NCBI RefSeq assembly: GCF_009914755.1
Contig: NC_060934.1
Direction: 5' to 3' (one strand)
DNA from: the human T2T-CHM13v2.0 reference genome, Homo sapiens
Length of the DNA stretch: 64,000 nt
The position numbers and the translations under genes are program-made. The notes under the pieces are model-generated. The model worked only from the letters and a program-made list of their open reading frames with translations, was not told the origin of the DNA and made no database searches. Below, in pieces: positions 1-17,667 of this stretch; position 1 is the stretch's first letter, and every line of letters starts with the position of its first letter.

Positions 1-1277
1 TGGACCTGGGAGGTGGAGGTTGCAGTGAGCAGAGATCACGCCAATGCACTCCAGCCTGGGTGACAGAGCGAGACTCCGTCTCACAAAAATAAAAAGGAAA
101 GAAAGTTGGAGTTTTTTAGTCTCTATGCTGTTGGCAGAGGCAGGGGATGGGAGCCGGTAGAAAAGAGAAAACAATTAGTTCGTTTGCCTCAAAAATTTTG
201 CAAAGAGATGAATCTAAGTAAAAGTAATTCTGGGTAATAATATGGTTCTTGAATAAAAACTGAAATTTTCAAAATAGAAAACATTGCATCATAAACATAT
301 TAAATCCAGTTGGCTTATTGGTTTCATTTAAATGCCAGAGATTTCATTACTGTAGAGGAAATGTCTTATAGCTCTTCTATTTAAACTTTGGTCGGGCTCT
401 TAATTTTTAAAGAGGTAAGATAATTAAGACTCATTATGAGTGTGACTTTGTAACTTGGAAGTACTATCTTCACATTTCAAGATATTTAAGGATTGCTTTA
501 GAATAAACAAATGCATTATGTGAATTAATTGATTGTACCTTTATACACAAAGCATGTAAGTACTTGTGTAAACTTATACTCTGCTTGGTGATGTTCGGAA
601 AGCCTGATGGATGTTACACACCAGTTAGTAGATGGGTAGTGTTGGATGAGAGCCCAAAAATGGCTCTTTATTGTCATTCTTTAGGATTACAACACAGTTT
701 ATGTATGTCTCACTTGGCCCTTTCCAATAGAAATAAGGCCTGTGTATGTTCTCCCTATGTATTGTTAATGAAGAAATGAAAACTTAGAGATATCACATGA
801 CTATGGAAGACAGCTACTCAAGAGAACTAAGGTTCTGTGTCCTCAGAATGAAATGGAAGTGACAGATACGATGAATTTACTTTTTAAAAATTTTAAAAAC
901 TCTAGAATACATCTTATATTTTGCCTATAAAATAGACCTGTCTTTTAAAACTTACTGACATCTTGATTTATTTTATGCAAAGTTGATTTTAGACAACTCA
1001 AAGCCAAAATTTACCTCTTCTGTTTTTTTTTTTTTTTTTTTTTTAATAAAGGAGGGTGTCATTGTGTTACTCTTGCTGGCCTCAACTTCCTGACCTGGGT
1101 TCAAGTGATTTTCCCATCTCAGCCTCCTGAGTAGCTGGGACTACAAGCATGTGCCATCTTGCCTGGCTCTATCTTATGTCTATACATTCATTTCAATGGA
1201 TAAGAATCAAAGTAGAGATAGTGAAATAGCCTAAATGCAGCAGTCGAATAAACGAGTTGATAAATTTTTATCAATGA

Positions 1278-1433
<156 letters not shown>

Positions 1434-2164
1434 TGATCAGGTTATAGAAAGTATTTAGAAAAACTCATATTGGTTTAAATTTTTCACCTTTTCACATGTT
1501 CACTTGTCTTATTTTAATATGTGATATACTTTCCTTTAGTTGTTATGATGTTAGTGAAAACGTGTAACCTTTTTGTTTATACATTTTGCCATCTTTTTAT
1601 CAACACAATTAATTTGTCATGTGATGGAGGAGTCATGGATTTCTCTTTATAATTCTTGGATTTATCTTTATTTATAATTAATGGATTTATCTTTATTTAT
1701 AATCCCTTTTCCCTTGCTCCAAAAAGTACACTTTAAAGATGAATGATAGAACTTAGGCTTCAGCTTGGTTTTCATTTAAACAAATTAAAAAACATAGTTG
1801 TTTATCATCAGGGATTGAATCTGTGATTTGGGCCTCCTCTTACACAGTCCTCTGACCACATTCATTTACCACATCCAAGTTCATGCTACTCAAAAGTTTT
1901 AGGTTATTAACTTTTTCATTTGATGTAATGTAAATTTAAACATGCCCTACTCCTGCTTATTTCCCTCAATGTTATGTTAAATCCTCATTTATTTGCCAAC
2001 AAGCCATACACAGCCAAGTTTTCCGGTTGACTTAAACAGCAAGAATACAAGTGAGGGTTCTATAATAATGTGCGAAGTAATGCAGCACAGTAAAACACGG
2101 GAGTTTGCAACCTTTGTTTTTATAGTTTGAGTAGACTTTGCCCATCTTGAGTCAGTTATTTCTG

Positions 2165-2882
<718 letters not shown>

Positions 2883-3293
2883 AATTGTATTTCCCAGTTC
2901 CTTCCAGAGGCATGGGCTTCTCACACCTAGAGAGCATGGAAGCAGTAAAAGAAAAGCTATTCCATGTCCCTCACTCTTCAGTGGTAGGAGCTTTTGCCTA
3001 CAAGGCCCTTCCAGCATCAAAGGCAGAGGCAGTGTAGGAAGCAAAGCATGGCCCAAGTCCCTCTTGGGGCTTTTATTATTCTGGCCTCTTTTTAGAGGAA
3101 AAAAAAATGATTTTTTGTGCTGCAGACACCATGTCCAATTAGGTTTGTATACTCATTTTAAACATCAAAATTTAGGCCAGGCTCTGTGGCTTACACCTGT
3201 AATCCCAGCTCTTTGGGAGACTGAGGTGGGTGGATCACGAGGTTAGGAGATCAAGACCATCCTGGCTAACACAGTGTAACTCTGTCTCTACTA

Positions 3294-3431
<138 letters not shown>

Positions 3432-4032
3432 CTAGGTGACAGAGTGAGACTCCATCTCAAAAAAAAAAAAAAAAAAATTAAGATATGTTACTTTCCAGTT
3501 GTGTAAAGACCGTTTTTTAATTTTGATTTGTTTTTAGTGACATATTAGTAGATAACCACTAAGTGTGGTTCAAGATGCTTACAGGGATTCTGTTGCATCT
3601 AGAGATAGGTGTCTGGTCAGGAAGTAGTTCTTAGAGCTGTTAGCTCTTAGAGTCTGATAATTAAAGTAAGCTATGTATAAATGCAGAATGAGAGAATACT
3701 AATGGATCATGGCTCATATATGCAACAGTTAAACTTTTTATTAGCTAAATTTTTCATCTGGCCTAATTTTTTTACCCTTTTCTTTTGTACATGAGGATTC
3801 TTTCATTTGTATGTAATAGAAACAAAAAGTAAACTAAATGAAAAGCTAAGTTTTTAGATTTGACTTATGAAATTAATCATGCCAGATAATTTAAATTATA
3901 AATTATTGAAAATTATTTTTTAAATGGAATTTTGTCTCATTTTACGTAGGAGTAATCAGTAAGATGTTAACAACTACTTTTATTTTATGGTATTTGTATC
4001 AGAAGTGACCAGTTTTTTTTTTTTATTCTTAG

Positions 4033-4067
4033 TTGTAGAAATAAGAAGAAGCAACTGTACAAACCAT
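4033..4067 (+). CDS. AGAP6: AGAP4/6-family coding exon, 35 nt (VVEIRRSNCTNH)
   Basis: T-tract ending ttcttag as acceptor; gtaagt donor at 4068; phase 1-0, in frame with both neighbours. Confidence 0.85.
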
Positions 4068-4489
4068 GTAAGTAAACACTCAAATACTTAAGAAATTGAT
4101 AGTTTGACATAAAAGGATGTCTCTCTTGATTTCTTTAAATTACAATGTGGACCTGGTGGTGGTAGCATGGACCTCTTTTTGTGGATTTTCTAAATCTCTT
4201 CTATTTTCCTGAGTATTAAATTTATCCAGAAAAGTGTTTAGTTTAGCGTGTCCACCTTTTAAAGATTTCTGACATTTAAGTTAAATTTCAATAGTCTGGT
4301 TCAAAAGATCTGCCTTACGGCTGGGCATGGTGGCTAACGTCTGTAATCACAACACTTTAGGAGGCCGAGGCAGGCTGATCATCTGAGGTCAGGAGTTTGA
4401 GACAACCCTGACCAACATGGTGAAATTCTGTATCTACTAAAAATACAAAAGTAGCCGGGCGTGGTGGTGCATGCCTGTAATCTCAGCTA

Positions 4490-4634
<145 letters not shown>

Positions 4635-7261
4635 TTAATCTTATTTTTAATGAAAGAACAAAAATAGAATAGTTAAGTTAATTGCCAGCACTGTCTATTG
4701 ACTTTCTATCACAGCAGGTAAAAGCATACCTTCCCCGCTACACCATGATCTTATGTTTCTCCCTGTGTTTCTTCCAATTGTAGCACACTTTTTAATTAAA
4801 TCAGTAATATTTACATGATTATGACTCTGCAAATATTATTCACTGCTAAGTCATATGGTGTTTTCACTGTGTCTCTGCATTCCATGTCCTTCATCCTGTC
4901 TCTGAAACAGTTCTGAAATCTGAGCACTTCTGCAATTCTCCTGGATCTTCTTTTTTCCTAGCCTACGTTAGTTTATCTATCCAAATATTGTTAAGTAGCC
5001 TCTGGGTGCTCTGTTTGCTTTCACATCCATTATTTTTTAGCATGAAGCTAATTTTCTGACTATATTCATTTGCCTATTTTCTAACAGCTGTTTTTCCCCC
5101 AAGTATTGTAGCATTTATCACATGCCTTTCAAAGATATTTTCCATCTGCAAAAGCACATCTGTTTCTTTTTATGTGTGTGTGTGGGGCAACTTTCTTTGG
5201 CCTTTTGTCATCCTAGTTCAATATAGCGTGGGTTTCCCTAGATATGCTCGATGTCTGCTTTTCTGGGCTAACTCCTTAAAGTCTTTTGGGATCTCACGTA
5301 ACTGCTGTCTTGTGTGGGATCGCCTGAGTCCTAGATTCTGTGTTTCCTTCTGTCCTGTTATCATCTCTAGTTGTAGTTGAACACATTTTCCTGGGTGGAG
5401 ATGTTAAAATCCCTCCTCTTTGATAGAGAGTACACCTCTAGGTTGAATCTAAATTTTATGGTTCTGAAGACATTTTGCAGCTGTGCTCTTATTACAGTGT
5501 TGTTCTTGAATCTATTGCCAGTGTGTGATACGTTATTTACAACCAGGTTTTAGTTATCTGCGGAAGCTTTTTAGAATCTCTCTCTCTAAGGTTCTGAAAT
5601 TTTATAACAGCTTGTTGGGGATCTTTTCATTTTATTGAGGCTACTAAACCTGCAGACTATCTCTTCTTGAGAATTTTTTTTTATTTTCTCTGTTACTTTT
5701 TTACTGATAGTCTTGTTATTCAGATGCTAGGCTGCTTAGACCAGTATGCCTGCATTGATTTTTAATTTTTCCCCTTCTATTTTTTTCAGTTTGTCTTTTT
5801 ATTCTAGTTCTGGGATATTCTGTGACTTTATCCTCTACTATTTCTATTGAATTTTGTAATTTTTGGAGTGTTTTAAGATTTTTTTTTAAAGTTTTGCTCC
5901 TGATTTTGACTGGTCCTATCAATTCCTTTTTTCTATTGTTTTGATCTCTTTTCTTGGAGGCTTCCTTCCAATGTGTGGTGGTCCCTGGCCTGCTTTATTT
6001 GGAAGCAGGATTTCTGTTAACTGATAGCATCAGTGTGAGGCCTTAGAAGCCTGACTAGCTTTTCATTTGGGAGACCTCAGTGTATTATCTGGGGATCTTT
6101 ATTGAAGACATTTCAGTTTCTTCTGAGAAGGATCTCCCAATTTTCTGCCTGGAAAGTAAAAGCAGGCCTGGAAAGGAAAAGCAGAGTTAGCGAAGAAAGT
6201 TGGAGTTCCATTTTTGGTGTACAGTTTTCTTTATATCTCAGGTTTAAGCCATGGTATCTCTGAGCCAGAAATTCTCAGGTTTGATATATCCAGAGAACAC
6301 ACATCTAAGTTTCTTGTCAGATGGAAGGACAGGTGGACTTGGGGCTCTAGTTAGAGATTTGCAACTGACCTTGCTGGCTTTTTTTTTTTTTTTTCACATT
6401 TTACCCTACTTTCCAAAGTGCCATTGGCCTGTAAGTTCACAACCTGCCTTTAGTTCTGCAAGACAAACTGGCTCACTTGTGTTCCAGTCACTTTCTGTAG
6501 GCACCAAAGTTGTGTTTCTGTGTTATTTACCACTCCTTTATCTACTTTTTATGTCTCAGCATTTATTAAAAATTATCTCTGTCAACCTTCTGTGCTGGTC
6601 ATGGGTGTAACCTTTATTTTATGACTGATGAGGCTTCCGGAGGGAGACGAAATAAATTTGTGGTCAATCTATTATATTTAATCCAAATTTAGGACCTGTG
6701 TTTAAATCAAAGTCTAATTTGAGTATAATTAATGATATTAAGCCAGAGAATTTTTTAAATTAATGTATCTATAATAAGCATATTACACTTTTCTCCTAAG
6801 GCCTTGTTTAATATTTTCATTCAAAGTTTATCCACTGCCATATACTTCCCATTACTTCACAACATAGATGGAGCTGTTTTCCTGAATGCCCAAAGTGTTA
6901 GAAATATTTAAGTTAAATAAGATTTGTTCATTTTTAGCCTGGTCAACATAGCAAGAGCTCATGTCTACAAAAAGGTTAAATAACAAATTAGCCAGGCCTG
7001 GTGGCATGCGCCTTTCGTATTACCTACTCAGGAGGCTGAGGCAGAGGATCACTTGAGCTCAGGAGTTTGAGGCTGCAGTTAACTATAATTGCACCACTGC
7101 ACTCCAGCCTGGGCAACAAAGGGAGACCCTGTCTCGGAAAAAGGAAAAAAGTTACTAATTCTTTAAAAACCTATCTAAAATTTGTCCTGCCCAAAAGGAG
7201 AGTGAAAAATATGAACTTTAGTCTTTGTTTTATTTTATGTTTGCTGAGAAAAATGCTGTAC

Positions 7262-7629
7262 TTTTATTTATTTATTTATTATTTCCATAGGTTTCTGGGG
7301 GAACAGGTGGCATTTGGTGACATGCCTAAGTTCTTTAGTGATGATTTGTGAGATTTAGGTGCACCCATCACCTGAGCAGTATCCGCTGAACCCAATTTGT
7401 AGTCTTTTATCCCTCACCCTCCTCCCAGCCTTTCCCCCAAGTCCCCAAAGTCCATTGTATCATTCTTATGGCTTTGCATCCTCATAGCTCAGCTCCCACG
7501 TATGAAAGAGAACATGATATTTGGTTTTCCATGCTGAGTTATTTCACTTAGAATAATAGTCTTACTTCCATCCAGGTTGCTGGGAATGCCATGAATTTAT
7601 TCCTTATTATGGCTGAGGTGGAATTCCTC

Positions 7630-7663
<34 letters not shown>

Positions 7664-8547
7664 ATCACGGTTTCTTTATCCACTCATTGATTGATGGGCA
7701 TTTGGGCTGGTTCCATATTTTTGTAATTGTAATTTGTTTGAGTTCCTCATAGATTCTGGATAATAGCCCTTTGTCAGATGTATAGACTGTGAAGATTTCC
7801 TCCCACTCTGTGGTTGTCTGTATACTCTGCTGATTGTTCCTTTTCCTGTGCAGAAGCTCTTTAGTTAAGTCTCACCTATTTGTTTCTGTTGCATTTGCTT
7901 TTGTGTTCTTGGTCATGAAGTCTTTGCCTAAGCCAGCGTCTAGACGGGTTTTTCCAATGTTATCTTCTAGAACTTTTATGGTTTCAGGTCATAGATTTAT
8001 GTCCTTGATCCATCTTGAGTTGATTTTTGTGTAAGGTGAGAGTTGAGGATCCAGTTTCATTCTCCCGCATGTGGCTTGCCAATTATCCCAGCACCATTTG
8101 TTGAATAGGGTTTACTTTCTTCACTTTATGTTTTAGGTGGCTTTGTTGAAAATCAGTTGGCTATAGGTATTTGAGTTTATTTCTGGGTTCTCTATTCTGT
8201 TCCATTGGTGTATGTGCCTATTTTTATATCAGTACCATGCTATTTTGGCGACTATGGCCTTATAGTATAGTTTGAAATCAGGTAATGTCATGCCTCCAGA
8301 TTTGTTGTTTTTTCTTAGTTTTGTTTTGGCTATGCCGGTTCTTGTTTGGTCCATATAAATTTCAGGATTGTTTTTTCTAGTTCTGTGAAGAAGGATGGTG
8401 TTATTTTGATGGGAGTTGCATTGAATTTGTAGATTGCTTTTGGCAGTATGGTCATTTTCACAATATTCATTCTACCCATTCATGAGCATGGGGTGTCTTT
8501 CCATTTGTTTGTGTCCATGACTTCATTCAGCAACGTTTTGTAGTTCC
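7262..8547 (-). mobile_element. L1 (L1PB-like) 3' end: poly(A) remnant, 3' UTR and end of ORF2
   Basis: Reverse-complement L1 3' UTR and ORF2 sequence; T-rich tail at 7262-7284; (TA)n at about 7629-7665. Confidence 0.85.
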
Positions 8548-9588
8548 CAACGGCATATCAAAAAATAATCCGGCCAGGCACGGTGGCTCACACCTGTAAT
8601 CCCAGCACTTTGGGAGGCTGAGGGAGACGGATCATGAGGTCAGGAGCGGGAGACGGATCATGAGGTCAGGAGTTCGAGACCAGCCTGGCCAACATGGTGA
8701 AATCCCATCTCTACTAAAAATACAAAAGTTAGCCGGGTGTGGTGGCGCTCACCTGTAATCCCATCTACTCAGGTGGCTGAGGCAGGAGAATCGCTTGAAC
8801 CTCGGAGGCAGAGGTTGCAGTGAGCCAAGATCACCGCACTGCATACTCCAGCCTGGGCAACAGAGCGAGACTCCATCTCAAAAAAAAAAAAAGATAATCC
8901 ACCATGATCAAATGGGTTTCATACCAGGGATGCAGGGATGGATTAACATACACAAGTCAATAAATGTGATACACCACATAAACAGAATTAAAAACAAAAA
9001 ATCACATGATCATCTAAACAGATGCAGAAAAAGCATTTGACAAAATGCAGCATCCTTTTATGATTAAAACCCTCAGCAAAATCAGCATAGAAGGGTCACA
9101 GCTCAATATAAGAAAAGCCATCTATGACAAACCCACAACCAACATAATACTGAAAGGGGGAAAAGTTGAAAGCATTCCCCCCGAGAACTGGAACAAGACA
9201 AGGATGCCCACTCTCACCACTTGTATTCAACATACTACTGGAAGGCCTAGCCAGAGCAATCACACAAGAGAAAACAATAAAAGGCATGCAGATCAGTAAA
9301 GAGGAAGTCAAACTGTTGCTGTTTGATGATGATATGATCATATACCTAGGAAACCCTAAAGACTCCTCCAAAAAGCTCCTAGAACCGATAAATGAATTCA
9401 GCAAAGTTTCAGGAGACAAAATTAATGTACACAAATCAGTAGCTCTGTTATACCCCAGAAGCGACCAAGCTTAGAATCAAACCAAGAACTCAACCCCTTT
9501 TCTGATAGCTGCAAAAATAAACTAAACTAAAATAAAATACTTCGGAATAGACCTAACCAAGGAGGTGAAGGATGTCTACAAGGAAAAC
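8548..9588 (+). mobile_element. Inverted 5' part of the same L1 (ORF2 reverse-transcriptase region), interrupted by an Alu at 8572-8893
   Basis: Frameshifted ORF2 peptides [42 protein letters not shown]. Confidence 0.88.
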
Positions 9589-10688
9589 AACTTTAGTATT
9601 TTTAATGGGTTAAAATGAGAGGCAGCAGGTACAGCAGAAGAAGTCAGTGCGTGGGCATCCGCATCCAATGGGTACTGCACCTTTGATGGTAAGGCTTTGG
9701 TTTTGACTTACTAAATTACTAGGTACGATTATTTTCTAGTTTTTGTCATTAAACCTTAAAACTACTAAGTAACCCCTTCCATTTCTTGTTAAATATTGTA
9801 AAATTTCATACTCTCATTTATGCTGCCTGACGTTAGAGTATTTGTTTCTATTTTGTGACTACCTTAAATAATACCTATAAAGAGTAAACTGTTAGTAGTG
9901 TTTTTGCTGTAATTAAATGTAGTAAGACTTACCTTCCAAATGATAACTGAATTGTCAAACACTTGTCGAAGTTTTGGATTTACTCAAAATTCTATGCTCA
10001 GCAGCTGGAGGTAGGAAGAGTAAGGGCCCTCCCTTACTCTTATGGAGAGGCATACTTTCTCACAAGGGGAATACTCTGCAGGAATTAGCATCTTGTAAGC
10101 AGTGGTGAATTCAACTAATTAGTGTATAAAAATACATTTTTTGGTGTGGCTGCCGACAAAGAGATCCAAGAGGGTAGATGGAGTCGAGCTTGCTGAAGCA
10201 AGGAAAGAGAAAAGCAGTATTCTAGGCAGAGAGCAGGGGTAGAGCAGGAAAATGGCTAGGTGCAGGTCAGATGATTTATAGAATGCAATTGATCAAGTTT
10301 TGAAGTGAATGCAAAGTATTCTCCGAGAGTCTCATTTGAGTCATGTCTTGGCAGTCTTATTTAAACATGAAGTGAAAGTTAGATTTTTTAAGTTGTCATT
10401 TGTTTTCAGGGTGTGAGAGAATATTTAAGTGATACTCTTTTTATCCTCCACATAAGAAAATAGGACTAGAGAAACCTATGGCTTCCTCACTTGTTGGTGG
10501 CCTAGCAGCCCTGGCACACAGAGCCTCTGAATCTGAAACACTTCTTTTGTAACAATATCACCTGAAATAATACATTTAGGATTAGTAATTTAGTAAATGC
10601 ATTAGTCTTGTATTCACTGCAATAAAATGCTCTTGTAGCAGGATTATTTAATACATTACATTTTATCGTAGTAAATAAATAATAGAAG

Positions 10689-11357
<669 letters not shown>

Positions 11358-11593
11358 GAAGCCGACTTTTCCCATTATTTTTAACGGTAATTCATAAAAT
11401 CCTTGTTAGGTTTGATGACAGGTACCATATTAAGGGCAGCATTTTATAACCCATATCTTAAACATCATCTCTGGAAGTTGAGAGCCTCCAATGGGTTTTC
11501 TATAGAGTGCACATGATACCACACTCAGGCAGTTCATGGAGTGTAAGACATATCTTAGTGCTTTGTCATTTGACATTTTAACTGAGAAAATAA

Positions 11594-11737
<144 letters not shown>

Positions 11738-13666
11738 TGAGTACAACTATGCTGCCGAGGGACAGATTCCTTTATTCTAAAATTATTTCAGTCATTTGGT
11801 TGTCCTTTTCAGCAATCAGTTTAAGAAATTGGAGTCAACCATATATTGATATCCAGATTCTGAATATTAAGTATCAGTTTCTCTTTTAATCTTAGACGTC
11901 GTGGTGGAAGGAAAAATCAGTTAGCAAAGAAGCAATCCCAGAAACAGTGTATCTTTTTGATGCCTTTATGCCTTTAGACAATGTTGAACACAGTGAGAAG
12001 GATAGGTTCCCTTTATTGAATGTTTTTTGTGGAAACTTAGTTTTTCAATGCATCATAGGCCTAAATCAGTGTGCACTACTTTGGACATTATCCTTGGAAG
12101 AAGGAACAGCTTTTCTTCTTCTGGCACCACAGTGTATCTGCATTTGAATTTCTCCCATTGTGCATGAGCACCTCATGGGCCACAAAGATGCGCTTTGAGA
12201 GCACCCTGAGATGAAGTTTATTTTAAAAGGAACAACAACCAACACCACCACCAGCTCCACAGGGGCTGTCCAGTGTACATTATTCTCATCTTCTTGGGTT
12301 ATTAGTCTTGATTTTTAGAACACAGTTTGGAAAGTGCTAATTTAGAATATTAATGTCTTTATCTTTAATTTAACTTTTCATTCTGTACACATAACTAGCT
12401 TATAAACAATTTTGTTTCAAATGCACTAGCCTTTTTAACTAATTCAATTGTCAATAACTTTTACTTCAATTAAAAGTGGAAAGTTTACACTCATAATAAT
12501 GTCACTTTCCTCCCTCCCTTTTAACAATAGTTGAGAGGAAATTGTGTTTCGAACAAAAACTGGACTCAAACTCTGTCTCAAGTCCTGAGCTTTGGGACCT
12601 ATTGAGTAATCACTAAATGTCTGTAGTCAGCTAAGTCTCTTAAATCTTTGAGCACACATACACAAAAATTACTTTGACTAGAGTCCCTGGCTTCTTCTGA
12701 GTTCCAAAGATTTTGATATGTTAGCATATAATTCAAAAGCAGCTTTGAAGATTAATTTTGCTGAAACAAATTTCGTGCTTTTTTCCTCATTATTCTACTT
12801 TTTAGAAGTCTACTTTTGAGAGTATAGTAAGTTTTAATTTGCCACCAGCAAGTTTGAGAAATGATCATTTGGTGTATTCACTATTGGTGAAATAAAGTTA
12901 TTGAACAAATTAATAGGGCAAATTGGCTTCAAGAAGATATTTTGAAAAATGTTTTATCATGAATCAGTAGTGCACTGTTGTCAGTGGGATAGGTGGAACT
13001 CGCTGAGATCACTTATGCAAGGTTTTTTTCAAAATACAAGTCTGCAAACACATGTATCTTCCCATCTCCACTTTCCCTCTGTCTCTAGGCACTGAGAAGC
13101 CTTTTAGGAAAATCGGGATGGATGTGAGGCATCTTTCTGTGAAGAAAAGCATCCCAGAAGATTCTTGATTTTCACCCCAGCTCAGTCATTCCAAACTTTG
13201 CTGCTGATTGAAATCACCTGGGAAACGTTTACCAAGAACCTTGATGCCCAAAGCCATACCCAATACTAATTAAATTAAAATGTCTCATGTTGAAGATGAG
13301 GCAGATATTAAAGCTTCTCAGGCGATTTTAATGTGCAGCAAAGTTTGAGAGCCACTGCTTAATTTGAGTTTAGGACGAGAAACTGCTCCTATTTGGTGGG
13401 ACCTTGGGCAAGTCAGTTTTAAGGTCTGTTTCCCTGATCTGTAAAACGAGTGTTGAATTAAATGTCACATAAGGTCATTGGTCCTTTCCAGCATGTAACT
13501 TTAAATTCTGTGATTTTAAAATTATTTCAGAGATGAAAACTACTTGAAGCACTATAGACATATCCATCTCACATGCTAATATTACAGGCTTTTTAAAAAG
13601 TGCTAATATTGTGTAGACCTATTAGTAGAATTGAGATTTGCCTTCCCTCAGTTGTTTTGAGACTCA

Positions 13667-14083
<417 letters not shown>

Positions 14084-14325
14084 TTATATATTGTAATCAC
14101 CAACAGAAACGCGTCTTCTAACGGCATATTTCCTTGCATTTTGGTTCTCATATTTTTGTAAAAAACAAAGAAATGAAAACAAAGTGCCCTTATGGTACTG
14201 TTCTGAACTAGAAGATTTGAATTTCAGGGCCGCTAGGAGAGTTTCCTCTGCCCCCCTTTTAAAAAATGTCTTCAGGCCTAACAAATGATAACATCTATTG
14301 TTATGAATTTTTTTTCCTTCCACAG

Positions 14326-14361
14326 TGTGACCTTGGAGATACCTCATCATATCACACAAAG
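14326..14361 (+). CDS. AGAP6: AGAP4/6-family coding exon, 36 nt (SVTLEIPHHITQR)
   Basis: ttttttccttccacag acceptor; gtgagc donor at 14362; phase 2-2. Confidence 0.85.
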
Positions 14362-15251
14362 GTGAGCTTTTTAGAAACCTGTCTTGTTATTCTAGCTAAT
14401 TACTTTGCAAGATATCAAGCTCAGTGTTAGGTCACAGCTCTAGACATCATAAGCTGTATTGTGCCTACTAAAATATCGAAGCAAATTATTTGTATTTTCT
14501 TTGTTCCTTAAGACTCTCATAATTCTTAAATGACTGAGAATCTCAAAGAGTATGTGTTTATATTGATTATATTGATATTTAGTGTGGTAGAATTATACAG
14601 TTGAAATTTTTTCAAAATCTGTTTTTAGTTTAGATTTCACAGCCTTACCACTGTTGATATTATGGGCTAGATAATGCTTTGTTGTGAGGACTGTCTTGTG
14701 CATTGCAGAGAGTTTAGCGGTATTCATGGCCTCTACCAACTAGATGTCAGTAGTAACCCATGACCCAGGTTATAACAACAGAAAATATTCCTTGAGAACA
14801 GTATTGTTAACAGAAATTTTTCATTGAAAAATAACTTTTCTACAACAAAAAGTTGAGTAAAAAGTGCGTCATGTATTTATATTATTTGAAGTCTCTCATG
14901 TTGAGCTTAATAGGAGACAAATGGATTCTCTAGAGCTTTCTTTGCAATTTGCTTTAAAGAAGCAATAAGAGGCTGGGCACGGTGGCTCACGCCTGTAATC
15001 CCAGCACTTTGGGAGGCTGAGGCAGGCGGATCACAAGGTCAGGAGATCGAGACCATCCTGGCTAACACGGCAAAACCCCGTCTCTACTAAAAATACAAAA
15101 ACTTAGCTGGGCGTGGTGGCACGCACCTGTAGTCCCACCTATTCTGGAGGCTGAGGCAGGAGAACCGCTTGAACTTGGGAGGCGGAGGTTGCAGAGAGCT
15201 GAGATGGTGCCATTGCACTGCAGCCTGGGTGACAGAGCAAGACTCTGTCTA

Positions 15252-15679
<428 letters not shown>

Positions 15680-16741
15680 TCACAAGTGGTGGTTTCTTAA
15701 ATTAGTTACGGTGGCATTTTACATATTAATAAATTTATTCCATCAGTACTCATTGATCTTTCTTGCACAGTAAATGGATCTTTTGCTCCATACTTGTATT
15801 TATAATATCATGCATTAGTTACTTGGAATATATTGGTTTATGTTTTATTGTGTCAAAAATCACTTTTAGTTGAACCACCAATCTTACTTTAACACGCCTT
15901 TAAGTATTGAAAAGCTGCCAAGCCTACAGTAGAAGGAACAAGTTTTTCAAAGTCCAGAGGAAAGCTTAAATTTTATCATTGGGAACAAATACGTATTTCC
16001 CTTGAAGTGACAACCTCTCACTTCATTTATTTTTGAGAATGATAGTTGAACTGGTTTTTTAGACCGAGTTTCACTCTGTCACTTGGCTGGAGTGCATTGG
16101 CATGATCTCAGCTCAAGCAATCCTCTCACCTCAGGCTCCTTTGTAGCTGGGACCACAGATGTGTGGCACCATGCCAGGCTAATTTTCTTATATGTTTGAC
16201 AGTGACAGGGTTTCGTTATGTTGCCTAGGCTGGTCTCGAACTCCCGAAGGAGCTCAAGCCATCTGCCTGCTTTGGCCTCTCAAAGTGCTGGGATTTTACA
16301 GGCGTGAGCCACTGCGCTGGCCCAGTTGTACTTTTAAATAAAAATGATGTTCTGTGAAAAAAGTGATTTTTCAGTTCACAGTTAAATCACGGATTCTTTA
16401 AAAACAAAAAAAAAAAGCGCTTCTGGTTAACTTTCCACTTATTCAGAATATTAGAGACATGTCAAGATTTAACAACATTAATTTTTACTGCTTCATCAAA
16501 GACGTTCTTACGAAATTCAGGCTATGTTTTTTACCTGTAGGGGACAGTGAAGAATAGAATGACTACTAATGTAATTGGTACCACTGCCTTGATTTATGCT
16601 GAGAAACCAGCCATTGTACCCACTTTTGCTTTTATATAATCATGGCAAGTGTCAATGAAAAAGCAGGCAATGACTTTGTATTACTTTCACAAATTTTTAA
16701 AATTTTTCATCAGCTTTCTCAGGTTTAATTAGTATGATTCA

Positions 16742-17032
<291 letters not shown>

Positions 17033-17034
17033 TC

Positions 17035-17065
<31 letters not shown>

Positions 17066-17667
17066 AGTTATGACCTCTTAGGCCTTCTGGAAGGGGTCTT
17101 CGGGATCCCGAGAGGTCCACACAGCACATTTGGAGAACCACTGGTTTATACACAGGCACAATGCATTAGTTTTACAAAGTTTAAAGTTCATCAAAGACTG
17201 GCCTCTTAAAAAGGCAGATGAGTTTGTCATTCAAACAACAGAAAGTACATAAATACATCATGAGAGTATACTACAGAGAACTAAAGAGAAAGGAAGCTAG
17301 GAAATCTGAATCACATTTACATTTATTAAAGTTTACTACTACTGCTTTGTAGAACATTCTTGTGTTTCAATGTGTGGTTAGAAGAGTGAAAATATGTTTG
17401 GTTTATTGCCATGGCCTGTTAGGGAGAGTCAATACTCACGGGCATTTCTGACTGGTTATCATATAAAAGACTTCACGATACAGGCCATGATGTGCTGAGA
17501 AAGAAGAAGTCAGGAAACCCTCTGCAAGTCAGGATCCAATAGAAGAATTCATAAAAACTGCTTTGGTAAAGTAAACACCAAAGCACACAGGAGGCAGTAT
17601 TTTACTAAACAAATATTATACTAAGATATTAACAGTTTTTGAAGTAATGCGCTTTCTTATTTTATAG

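Noticed and set aside
8795-9474. Reverse-transcriptase-like ORFs as a functional or domesticated RT
   Set aside because: Frameshifted L1 ORF2 fragments with an altered catalytic motif (FDDD instead of FADD), interrupted by an Alu.
9605-9695. Possible cassette exon ending at a gatg/gtaagg donor
   Set aside because: No convincing acceptor or homology; cannot be supported without transcript data.
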